From the NCBI RefSeq assembly GCF_009914755.1, contig NC_060933.1: a DNA stretch of 64,000 nt, one strand, 5' to 3'. Shown in pieces: positions 52,550 to 64,000 of this stretch. How positions within the stretch are numbered: position 1 is the stretch's first letter; the number at the start of each line of letters is the position of its first letter. Under the pieces are notes generated by a model. It saw only the letters and a list, made by a program, of their open reading frames with translations, did no database searches and was not told where the DNA came from. This DNA comes from the human T2T-CHM13v2.0 reference genome, Homo sapiens. The position numbers and the translations under genes were made by a program.

Positions 52550-54149
52550 AGAAAATTACTTTTTTTGATTTAAAGAGCTGTTGTAGACTATGTGATTTAC
52601 AAAAATTGCTAAGAAAATGCCCAACTCTTAGTTGGCTTTTAATAAATATTAATTCCTTTTGCTTTTCTTTCATTAGGAGATTGTTATTGAAAGTAGATTT
52701 CTGGGAAGAGGTACAGGTACCTTAGAAAAAATTATAGTGCCTTCTAAAGCAGAAACAGGCACCATTACTGAACAATGATGAACCCAGAACACTTCTAAAC
52801 ATTCTCAGCTTTATCATGAATATACTGTCCTAACCATTTCTAAGACACAGGGCAAAAGGATCTCTTAACATTACAGACAGCTAGTGTTCATTTCCACCAG
52901 GATTATATGAACCTGCGATGATTCTGTATGCATTTTTTTGCACATTTCCTCAAGACTCAAATATTTGCGCAATTATATCTTATTAGACTCATTGACATCT
53001 TTCCTTTCTTCTCCTGATCTGCAGGTGTTAGTTGTATAACAAGCCAATATTACCCCATCTTTTTTCTCCTTGTTTCTCCACCATCACCAGCAGGAATTCA
53101 GAAATATAAAAACCTAGATATGTGCAACTTTGTGCCAACAACTGTTTTCCCCTAGAGCCATCCGCTTGGCTGCCCATAATTCCCTAGGAGTTTCATGGTT
53201 TTCAGTGTAAATCAGCTTGTTTATATTTTTTGTTTTGTTTTAAACTTAGAAATCTGATTATAGCTAGTAGGTTTTGCTAGAGTGTAGAAATTACTCTCAG
53301 AAGAACTGGAGGGGATGTAGGAAGTTTATCTATTGGCTGAACTTTTTAAGTAGCAGTCCACGGAGGTAATTTACATTAAATAAAAAGCAGCATGGGGCTG
53401 CCTTGGGATTTGCAGGGCACTTTTATTAGAAATAAAAATATCATACTTCTGACCAAAATGGATTGAATGGTTCAATGCCAACAGTGTTCTTTTCATCGGT
53501 AAACAGTTCCAAAAATCCAGCAAGTGAGAAATGAAACACTGATTTTGTTCAAAATTGAAACCTCCCAGATAAATTTAATATTTATGCCAAGTATCAAAGA
53601 TTTTTGCATTCAAAATATAGAGATTTGGGCTAAAGTAACAGGGCAGCACATTTTACTACAAATGTGGTTAGTTGAAATATCTGTGCTTATGAAGTTTGCG
53701 ATTCAGTGGAAATGGGAGAAGAATATTTGGAATGCAAGAATTTAGATAAAGAACACATGTATTAGAATATACTCATACTTCTTCAGACAAGTCAAATTGG
53801 GGATCACATAGAGTGAAAGCTGTGTTTCCTGGCACTTGATACCCACAAAACCCTAGGAATAGCTATGTCTTCTGAGTTCTTGAGACAAAGAGTAAGCATT
53901 AGGAAGGAACATTAACTGGAGCAGAGCGTGCAGTAGGTTGGTAATAGCTAGGAGATGTTTAAAAGCTGCTTTTAAAAAAAAAAATCTTTTTTTTGTTGTT
54001 GTTTGGGATAACTAGCAAGCCTTGTAACTCAGGAGTCTTTTAGACTATGATGATTTATAACAAAAGTTACTAGCAATTGCATGACTCTTAGTTGTCCTCT
54101 AATAAATGTTAATTTCCTTCCCTACCTCCCGTTCTCCTTAGAGGTTTAT

Positions 54150-54200
54150 TTAGGTTGGTGCAAAAGTAATTGCAGTTATAAACTTTTGCACCAACCTCAA
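54150..54200. mobile_element. MADE1 (Hsmar1-family MITE), internally deleted
   Basis: ttaggttggtgcaaaagtaattgc ... acttttgcaccaacct inverted termini. Confidence 0.92.
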
Positions 54201-55414
54201 TAAATTTCAGAGAAGCCAGCAGGGAAGTAATATACATTAACCCATAATCAACTTGAGTTTTGATTAGTAGTAGATCTTTTCTATTTCCCATATATTTTGA
54301 ATGTAAACATGAATTTATTTATTTTATACACACACATATATGTCTGTGTTTGTTGATATGTTAATGGTGAATTTTGATAATGTATATTCATTGAAATAGA
54401 TTATGACTTTAAAATAATAAATTCTAAAGTTTCTAGGTGCAGGACCTAAAGCATAGGGTTAGCAAAAGGAATTATAGAATCTCTGAACACCATTCTGAAA
54501 GGAAACTTAGAGATTATCTACCTGATCCCTCCTCATAATTTTTCAGATGAAGAAATGAGGCCTGATAAGGTGAATTGATTTTCTTTAACTTGTCTATGCC
54601 AGTGACCTCAGTGGCAGCAAATCTTTCCTGGAAACAATAAAAAGTCATTTGGAGCTAGTTCTGATGGATCTATCATTGATCAAGTTGGATAATATTCTTC
54701 TTGAAGCAAAACATTTCATGAAGTGCATAAAAGAGTTACTAAGACAATCAGAACCCTGCCTTTTCTCCCTGCCCCAACCCCCATTTCTAGAAGAAAGTTG
54801 CAAAAACCTTTAAAATAATAACTGTATCATTGAAAGAAAGTGTCCAGATTTCTAGGTTTATTTTGAATGATGACTCTCATTTGGATGTGTGAGTTCCAAG
54901 GTGTATGTTTATTTTTTATTTTAACTAGGGACATTATTTGAGTTTTTCTTCTATAGGAGGGTGGATTTAGATCTTTGGACAAATGCCCCATCATCATTGA
55001 TTTCTGTACCATCACAATTGTGCAACCAAGAACTCATAGATTCAAAACAAACAATCATAAAATTGCTCTTGTCTTTTGCAAATCAGAAAAGATACAAAAT
55101 ATTGTTCTCCGATAATTTTAAATTATTTTAATAGTCTTATTGAGGGACTCTGGTTTACAGATCTAAATAAATGTTCAAATTGCTTGGCTTATTTTTAATA
55201 ATTAGCTCTGAAAGTTTTCTTAGTATGCTCTTTTCTAATTATTGGCAAATCAAAACATATTTATATGTGATTCAGAGAATGTATAATACTATACTTGAAT
55301 TTTATCTGATGCATCAATAACATTTGTATTTCTACCTATAAAAATCAATTATATGAATCTATCATCATAAATGTATTTTGTCATTTATTCAGCTACATTT
55401 ACTATTTCTAACTG

Positions 55415-55840
55415 AGCAGAGATAGCTAACTGCTTACCCAATATCCATTTCCCCTTCTTCCTGGGCAGTGTGCCCAATGAGGAAAAACAACATTTCCTCA
55501 CATTGACCAATGAAATATAAGCTGCAAAATGTCTTCAAAGGCTCATGCCCTTTTGCTCTTACCCTTTTTCTTTCTCTCAGTTGCCTGCCATGTAGTCCTG
55601 ATAGCTGGAGTTTCAGCAGTTACCTTGAAACATGAGGAAATCTTTAGGATAGACACCAGTGCCAAGGAGGGTACAGCAGAAAGATAAACAGAACTTGGAT
55701 CCCTGATGATAACCCCTGGAGTACCTACTTTCAGATTTCTTTTATTTGAGAGAAAAGTAAACCCGTATGTTTCTAAGCCATCATTACCACACACTTTCTG
55801 TTCTACACAATGGAATGTAATCCTTTCTGATTTGCTAACC
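55415..55840 (+). mobile_element. MLT1 (I/J-like) LTR
   Basis: atatccatttccccttcttcc...gctggagtttcagcagttaccttg...ggatccctgatga...ctaagcca. Confidence 0.65.
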
Positions 55841-56534
55841 TCAAGCTCACCAGATTTTTTTTCAGCTCAAGAAAGTCTTATGGTTACCTATTGCTTATTG
55901 TAAAAATATAACCAGTTCTGCTTAATCCAGAGTGTCCTACAGAAAATATGTTAAGTAATTCCAAGGGGCACAATTTTCTAGAATGCAATGGGAATAGAGT
56001 CATCCGATGGAATATAATATAGTGTCTCAGTATGGGCCTCAAAAATTGTAGCCATCAGTGTCACAGTTTAAATTCACACAAAGAGCACACCCAGAGTGGT
56101 ATAATATTATTTTCTGTATGGTAAAATTAAATATAAAAACATCTATTGTGTAATTACATGCAAAGTAGGTTGTACTTTTTTAAAAAAAATGGTAAAAGAA
56201 AATGAGGAAACAAATGCTTAGATAAACATCCAGTAACAAAAGGAAAAACTCAAGGCAAAACTCAAGTGTTTAAGAGAATATGGAAACCAAAAAGAAGACC
56301 TATAGTTCAGCCACTTTGGGCTGAATCAAGAAATAGGTTCTACAAACTTAGCCAATCTACCTATATTCTGGGAATAAGGAAGTTGAAAAGTACTTTATTA
56401 AATTGAGGGGAGGAAGTAGGGCAGAACTGAAAGTGATTACAAGCTTGTGAGAAGTAGTAGAGAAATATCTAGGCAAGAGTAGGCCCAGCTCAGGTCAAGG
56501 AAGATAAGTTTCTAGAAACCAGAATTTTTAAAAA

Positions 56535-58380
56535 TTTTAATTGTGATAAAAAACACATGACAACATGACATAAAATTTACAATCTTAACCATTTTTAAGT
56601 GTTCAGTAAGGTTAACTGTATGTACATTGTTGTACAGCAGACCTGTAAAATTATTTCATCTTGCCAGACTGAAGCTCTATATCCAGTGAAAAACAAAGCC
56701 CTATATCCCCCTTTCCGTAGGTCCTGGCCATCACCATTTTATTTTCTGGTTCTATGGATTTGACCACTTTATATAAGTGGAATCACACAATACTTGCCTT
56801 TTTGTGATTTGCTTATGTTAGCATAATGTTCTCAAGGTTTATCCTGTTTTAGTATGTGGCAAGATATCCTTCTTTTTAAAGGGTGAATGCTATTCCATTG
56901 TATGTATAGACCACAGTTTATTTATTCATTTATCCCTCAATGAACATTTGGGTTGCTTCAACCTCTTGGCTAATGTGAATAGTGCTGCTATGAACATGGG
57001 TGTGCAAATATCTGTTTCAGATCCTGCTTTCAATTCTTTTGGATGTATCCCCAGAAGTTGGATTGCTGGATCTTATGGTTAATTCTATAATTCTACTCTT
57101 AGTTTTCTAAGGAACCTCCATACTGTTAACATAGCAGCTCAGCTGCACTATTTTACATTCACCCACAAGGTACAAGAATTTCCTTTTCTCCACATCCTTG
57201 CCAGCAGTTATCTTTTGTCTTTTTGATAATTACCATTCCAACAAGTGTGAGATGGTATCTTTGTTGTTTTGACATGCATTTCTCTGGTGATGAGTGATGT
57301 TGAATATCTTTCCATATGTTTTTTTGCTGTTTATATATCTTATTTGGAGAACTGTCCATTCGAGTTCTTTGCCCATTTTTAAATCAGATTTGTTGTTGTT
57401 GTTGAGCTTCAAAATATATTCTGGATGTTAATCCCTTATCAGACATGTGATTTGCAAATATTTTCTCCCATTTAGTAAGTTGCCTTTTCACGTTGTTAAT
57501 TGTTTCCTTTGATGGGCAGAAGTTTTTAAGTTTGATACAATCCTATTTGTCTATTTTGCTTTTGTTGCCTATACTGTGGTGTCATATCCAAGAAATCATT
57601 GTCAAATCCAATGTCATGAAGCTTTTACCCTGTGTTTTCCTCTATAAGTATAACAGTTTCAGGTCTTGTGTTTAGGTTCTTAATTCATTTTGAGTCCCTT
57701 TTTGTATACAGTGTAAGGGTCCAATGTATTCTTTTGCATGTAGAAATCCAGTTTTCCCAGATTATTAAAGAGACAGTCCTTTCCCCATTGTGTCATCTTG
57801 GTACCCTTTTTAAAGATCATCTGACCATATACCTGATGGCTTGTTGCTGGGATCTCTAGTCTCTTTCATGGTCTATTTGTCTGTCTTTATGCTAGTACCA
57901 TACTGTTTTGATTACAACAGCTTTGTAATAGGTTTTAAAATTAGGAAGTGTGAGGGCTCCAACTTTGTTCCTCTCTTTCAAAGATGATTTTGTCTACTCA
58001 GGGTCCCATGAGTTTTTAGGATTTTTTTTTCTATTTCTGCAAAAAATATCATGGAAATTTTAATAGAGATTATATTAAATCTGTAGATCATTTTGGGTAA
58101 TATGGTTATTTTAACAATGTTAGTCTTCTAATCCATGAACACGGGATGCTTTTCCATTTATTTATATCTTCTTTAATGTTTTTAAACTCCGTGATTAAGT
58201 TTGCTGCTAAATATTTTATTACTTTAAATGCTATTATACATGGGATTGTTTTCTCAATTTCTTTTTCAGATTGTTCATTGTTAGTGTATAGAAACGCAAC
58301 AAATTTTTGTATGTTGCTTTTGTATCTGGCAACTTTGTTGAATTCATATATTTGTTTGAATAGTGTGTGTGTGTGGTCTT
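56535..58380 (-). mobile_element. L1MA/L1MB 3' ~1.85 kb
   Basis: ttttaattgtgataaaaaacac...gtgctgctatgaacatgggtgtgcaaatatc...gtgtatagaaacgcaacaaatttttgtatg. Confidence 0.92.
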
Positions 58381-58459
58381 GAGAATTAAAAACCCAGAGT
58401 ATTTTTAGTAAGTCATAATCCTACAAAGGACATTAGTAGATCATTGCTTTACTTGGGAT

Positions 58460-59185
58460 TATTCATTCAATTCCATGTTCTTTCAGCGTCTATTAATTGA
58501 ATGCTTACAATTCTAAATACTGGGAATACAATGGTAACCATAAACCTGAGATTCCTGCTTATGTAGCTGACATTCTAGTGAATGAGGGAAAGAAAATAAA
58601 TTAACAAGTAAACAAATACACAATTTTAGATAGTAATGAGTTTTGAAGTAAACACATCTAGGAGTGTTAGAAAGAGCTTGACTAAATGAGGATCTACTTT
58701 ATATGGTGTGTTCAAAGAAAATCTCTCTGTGTTGTGATATTCAAAATAGGCTCTAAGTGATGAGTATGAAGCAGCCGTTCAAAGCAGAGTAGCATTCTAG
58801 GTGGAAGGAGCAGCTAGTGCAGAGGCCCTGGGTCAGAACAAGCTGGGCGTGCTTGAAGAAAGGACAGTATGGCTAGATAATCATGAGGGCGGGAGGGGTT
58901 TTTAGGAGAAGAAACTGGGGAGGCATGCAGAGACCAGGGTTTCTAGGTCTTCAAAGGAATATCATAAGTCTGGATTTTATTTGCATAAGAAGCCACTAGT
59001 GGGTTTTATGGAAAAACATGATTTATATTTCAAAACAATTACCCTTGCTACCGTATGGGACATGGACTATAGATGGGGGAAGCATGGAAACGAGATCAGT
59101 TTGGAGGTTGTTATATTAGACCAGGTGCAAGAAGATGGTGGTTTGGAGTAGTTGTGTATCAGTGGAGATGTAGATCCTATTTGAA
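58460..59185 (-). mobile_element. L2 fragment
   Basis: ttattcattcaattc..., gcattctaggtggaaggagcagctagtgcagaggccctg. Confidence 0.75.
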
Positions 59186-60294
59186 TGTATCAGTCTGAAT
59201 AAAATAAAGCTGTACAAAGTTTAACCATGCTTTGCGTGGTTCTTAGGTGATGTTTACTGTCACAGTGTATGCAAAATAAGAATATTGAAATAGAATTTCA
59301 GGGCTATAGCTTTCAAGGAGACGTCAAACCTAGGAACGGTGGCCATGGATGTGTCAAGGAAGACTGAGAGCCTGGCATTTAATGTTTATGGGTAAAAAAT
59401 CAAGTTTTTATGTTTTCTCAATCATGAGTTTAATCGTTGTCATGTCTTGCTTAGGGTTAAGAAGGATTCTCATTAATTTGTACAGGAACAAAAAAGAAAA
59501 ACAGCACATAATTAAGCTGATTTGCACTTAAAGATGTTCTGGAAGAATAATTTGGTGTGGAGGGATTATTAGACTCACACATCTAGAATATATGATCTGT
59601 ATCAACCCAGTTGTAAACGTTTGTCTTAGCTGAGCTCTTTCTCTGGTTGATTTTGCATCGCAAATCCTGTTCCACTTGTCAATTGGAAGTAGATTTGTGT
59701 TTTATCTTCTAATCTGAGTTCAAATAAACTGTGTACTTAAAGGGAATAATATTGTAAAACTCCCCCAGATTTCAGCAGGGAAAGGAAGGTTCTCTAATCC
59801 ATTTAGCCACAGTCTCTTCCTGGTATTTCATAGCCTGTAAAAGGGAAGCCGAGTACTAAAGTAGATTGAGTATTCTTTTGGATTAGTCATAGGTTCTTCT
59901 AAAACAACGTTTAGTTCCATTGACCCATCAATCTATGCATTTTTTTAGTAATCCATTTATTCAGTTAATTTATTTAAGAAACCACAAGCTTCCTTGTTAT
60001 ATCTCCTTCCAAAGATTTTGAAGCTGGTGGCTACCAAGTAAAAGAAGCCAATATAAGCACAGTTTATGCACCAAATCCTCAAATATTTATATTCCTTTCT
60101 TTGGGGAGAAACTGGGATATCAAGTGTTCATTCTCCTTACCTTCTGAAAGTAGAGAATTTTGGCAGTTTTTTTTCCCTCTAATACAGTCATGTTTTACAA
60201 TGATTTTCAATTAATCAAATTAGACAGGAAACAAAAAACGAACATTTGTTGAATTCCTACTTTGTGCTATGTATGTTCATATACACATTTTTAA

Positions 60295-62515
60295 AAAATA
60301 TTATTTACCTTTCCACTTTAAAATAAAGTTATTTCAAACCTAAAGAAATGTTACAAGAATAGTACAGAGAACTCCCTAAGTCCCTTTACCCAGATTCACC
60401 TAATATGCCAGATTTGCTTTATAATTTTTTCTGTCTTTCACTCAGTCTCATATCATTTCTTTTTCTGTACTATTGGAAAGTGGGGCACATGCCTAATAAT
60501 CATTTGATCTTCAATAGTTCTTCAATGTGTTTTTCTTAAAAACAAGGATATTTTCTTACATCTCCACAGTGTAGTTACATTCAGGAAATTTGACATTGGT
60601 ACAATATTTTTATCTAATTTACAGTCCAGATTCTCATTTTTATAAATTGTCCCTATAATGTCTTTTGTAGCATCTTTATTCTTTCAGCCCAGGATCTACC
60701 GCTACACTCAATGGCTAAGTCTCTTTCATCTTCCTTATCAGGAACAATTCTTTAGTCTTTGTTTTGTTTTAGCTTTCATGACTTTGATATATTTTAAGAA
60801 TATAGGCCACTTGTTTTGTTTTGGTAGAAAAAATATTTTGTAGAAATTTTTCCATTGGGTTTTTCCGTTTGTTTGTTTGTTTGTTGGTATTTCCTCATGC
60901 TTAGATTTCAAGTCTGTATCCCTAATTAGAATATTACAATAGTTTATATGTCCTTAACAGGGCATCATGTCTGGATGTACATCATATCCATATGTACCTC
61001 ATTAGAGATGCTAATTTTGATCACCAAGCTAAGATATTTCATGTTTTTCCATTGTGAAATTAACATTTCTTTCCATTCTTAAATATAACAAGAAATTTTG
61101 AGGGAGACACTTAAGGCAATGAAAATCATCAGAGTCCAACTCCAGCAGATTTGGCACCCACTGATGATTCTTGCCTAAACCGGTTCTAACTCCAATGGTT
61201 GCAAATAGTGATTTTCCAACTCATGCTCCATACACACTTACCAGTTGGAATTCTACTGGAAGAAAGAGTCCCTCCTTTGCCACTAAGAATATTTATTTAT
61301 TATCAGTCTGAACTCATGAATTCATACCTTATTCATTGCATCATAACCCATTACTACTTAATTGTTCTAGATTTGACCAGTAGGAGCATCTTCAAGCTAG
61401 CTCTGTGTGTTGTTTTTTTTTTTTTTGAAGTACATTTAAAAACACTTTTAATTTTAGAATAATTTTACAGAAAAGTTGTAAAGATGACACAGAGAATTCC
61501 TGCATACCCTGCACACATTTCTCCCTATTATTGACATCTAACTATGGCCCATTTGTAATAACTAAGGAAACAACATTGGCACATTACTGTTATTAACTAA
61601 ACTCCACACTTTATCCAAATTTCACTAGTTTTTTCCTAATGTCCTTTTTCTGTTCCAGGATCCTATTCAGAATACACATTATGTTTAGCTGTCATGACTC
61701 CTAGCCTCTTTTGGTCTGTGACAGTCTATCAGGCTTTCCTTGTTTTTGATAATGACAGTTTTGAAGAGTACTCACCTGTGTCTTTTTAACATGCCCAATT
61801 ACTTTTTTTTCTTTTTTTTTTTTTTTTACTACTTCCTTACTTTCTGGCACAAGAAGATGTTTCAGGCTCATTTTATTACCTCTCTACTTTAGTTCTGGAA
61901 TTTGCCATTTCTTCAAAAAGCCCTTGGTCCCTTTAATGGAAAGTGGCATTTAGAAACTAATATGTGGGCACCAAATAGGCTTATTGATACCGAGGTGCCA
62001 AGCGTCATTGATTCTAGGCATTTCAGCAAAGAAAATTAGGATATATAGATATAGATATAGATATAGATTTCTACGGATACCTACAGCATTAGCCCAACTC
62101 CGTCAAGGCTCTTTTTTTGCCTTGCTCCCTTTCACCTTGTTGTCTCCATCTTCTGCAGTGAAACAGCACTTCCAACAGCATCAATACTTTCTCAACCATT
62201 TGTTCACTTGCTTAATTCCACTATACACATAAATTGGTTTCAAAATGTTTACACCAACATCACTACAAAATAACAAACCTACACAAGAGTCCAGGATTTG
62301 TTTGCAATGTTCTTTTCTTCCTAGACAGAAGGTGTACAGTCATATTCTTCATTTCAATGGGTACTTTAATGAATTCTTTCTTGGCCCTTTCAGTGAACTT
62401 ATGTTATTCATTTGAATTGCAGATAGGCTCATCTGATACTGTTTGCAATCAGTTTTAGGTTTTTTCCTCCCTAACTCTGTGGATTTCATTAATTAATTAA
62501 TTACTTTTTACTTTC
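60295..62515 (-). mobile_element. L1MC-like 3' region with a nested L1MC/MD fragment (~61415-61775)
   Basis: aacaaggatattttcttacat..., ttctggcacaagaagatgtttcaggctca; nested tttagaataattttacagaaaagttg...gttttgaagagtact. Confidence 0.75.
62040..62068. repeat. (TAGATA)n short repeat
   Basis: gatatatagatatagatatagatatagat. Confidence 0.85.
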
Positions 62516-62520
62516 TAAAG

Positions 62521-62702
62521 GAGGAACCAACAAATTTTTTTCTGTAGATTTCCAGATGGTAAATATTTTAGACTTTGTGGACCACGCAGTCTCTATTCTA
62601 CTACTCAACTCTGCTGGTTTACCAATAAACCAGCAAAACCTTATTTACAGAAACAGGCAGCAGGCTGCATTTTGTCTGCAGGCCATTGTTTGCTGACACC
62701 TG
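62521..62702 (+). mobile_element. MER58A (hAT-Charlie MITE) with central deletion
   Basis: ccagatggtaaatattttagactttgtgg...ctactcaactctgc...tttgctgacacctg; TSD-like ttctaaag / ttctagaa. Confidence 0.85.
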
Positions 62703-62789
62703 TTCTAGAACACTAAAATGCCTCTCAAAATCAAAACTATTTATAAAAGGTATATTCATAGAAATGTAACTTCTTCTACTGTCTCCTCC

Positions 62790-63424
62790 ACATTACAGCT
62801 TATTGTATTTTCCAAAGATGATCACAACATCTTCCCTCCTCATGGTCTTCTGCAACTTTGCTATTGTCTCATCAAGAGGCAGAGTCTATATCTCTACCCT
62901 CTGGAATCTAGGTTGGCCCTATGACTGCTTTGACCAAAAAATGTGGTGGAAATGATGCTGTGTCAGTTTTGGTATTCTGTTTCCTGCCCCTTAGAATGTA
63001 TATTTGGGGAGCAGACATCATCATGTAATAAGCCCTCAGCCTTATTACCTAAGCCACATGTAATAACCTTAACTTCTTTGGGACCTCCATATTGTGAGGG
63101 AGACCAAACTGATGATGTAAAGAGAAAACAATGCTGCCAGCTATTTGTGCCATCCACTTCCAGGTGCCAGACATGTGAGTGAAGAAGCCATCTTGGACAC
63201 ACCCACTCCAGGAGATGCCACTCGACCCAGGCACACTGCCTCAGTTGAGTTGTCCCAGCCCTCTAGCCATTCAAACCACCCCAGTTGAGGCTTCAGATAC
63301 TATGCAGTGAAGAGCTGTTGCCCACTATGCCCTGCCAGAATTCATGACTTGTCAAATCACATAGTTGTTGAATGACTGTACCAGTTTTGGGATAATTTGT
63401 TAAACACTAAGATAACCCAGAACA
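62790..63424 (+). mobile_element. MLT1 (G/H-like) LTR
   Basis: ttccaaagatg...ccagacatgtgagtgaagaagccatcttgga...gttttgggataatttgtt. Confidence 0.8.
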
Positions 63425-63456
63425 CATCCTTTTCTCCCTACCATCACCACCACCAT

Positions 63457-63873
63457 TGTATTAGTTTTCTAGGGCTGCTGTAACAAAGTACCAAAAATTA
63501 AGTGGCTTAAACAACAGAAATTTATTGTTTCACAGTTTTGGGGGCTAGACGTCCAAAATAAAGGTGTCTGTAGGGTTGGTTTCTCCTTAGGGCTGTGAGA
63601 AAAGGATGTTTTAGGTCTTTCTCCTTGGCTAGTAGATGGCCATCTTCTCCCTGCCTCTTCCAGTCACCTTCCTTCTTCATATGTCTCTGTGTTCAAGCTT
63701 CCCCTTTTCATGATGACACAAGTCATAATGAATTGGGTCCCTTTCTAATGACCTCATTTTAAAACTGATTACATCTTTAAAGACCCTATCTCCACATAAG
63801 GTCACATTTCGAGGTAGTAAGTGTTAGGACTTTAACATATGAATTTTGAAGGAACACAATTTACCTCAAAACA
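63457..63873 (-). mobile_element. MLT1B/C-like solo LTR
   Basis: tgtattagttttctagggctgctgtaacaaagtacc...ggaacacaattt; TSD accat/atcat. Confidence 0.9.
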
Positions 63874-64000
63874 ATCATTCCTGTAGGTAGTCAATTTCAT
63901 TTATTTTTTGTTTAATCTCCCTGTGTTGCCTTCCTGCAAAAACTAAGCAGATTTATAATTTTTTCCTCTTTCTCTTCTGTAATTTTTTTTCACTTTGCTG

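Overview
Primate (Alu/L1PA/THE1-bearing, probably catarrhine) non-coding DNA: AT-rich, CpG-poor, no CpG island and no supportable protein-coding gene. The six-frame ORFs are chance ORFs or transposon remnants. A large part of the window is interspersed repeat: 8 Alu copies or fragments, L1PA/L1PB/L1M fragments, L2, MIR, MaLR/ERVL solo LTRs (THE1, MLT1, MLT2, LTR16), DNA transposons (Tigger1 derivative, MADE1, MER58A, hAT-Charlie) and microsatellites. L1 orientation bias hints at an intron of a + strand transcription unit (inference only). I found no new gene system. The most interesting signals are rearrangement and retroposition fossils read directly from the sequence: (1) a 188-bp copy of DNA from 3 kb upstream inserted inside a TSD-flanked AluSc-like element; (2) a ~223-bp-arm fold-back palindrome made from an L2, with an iterated 17-mer at the junction; (3) a tailless 5' half of tRNA-Cys(GCA) with 16-bp TSDs inside an MLT1 LTR; (4) a twin-primed 5'-inverted old L1MA with TSDs and junction microhomology. 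Repeat subfamily names come from recalled consensus motifs, and boundaries of old repeats are approximate; both need RepeatMasker/Dfam confirmation.
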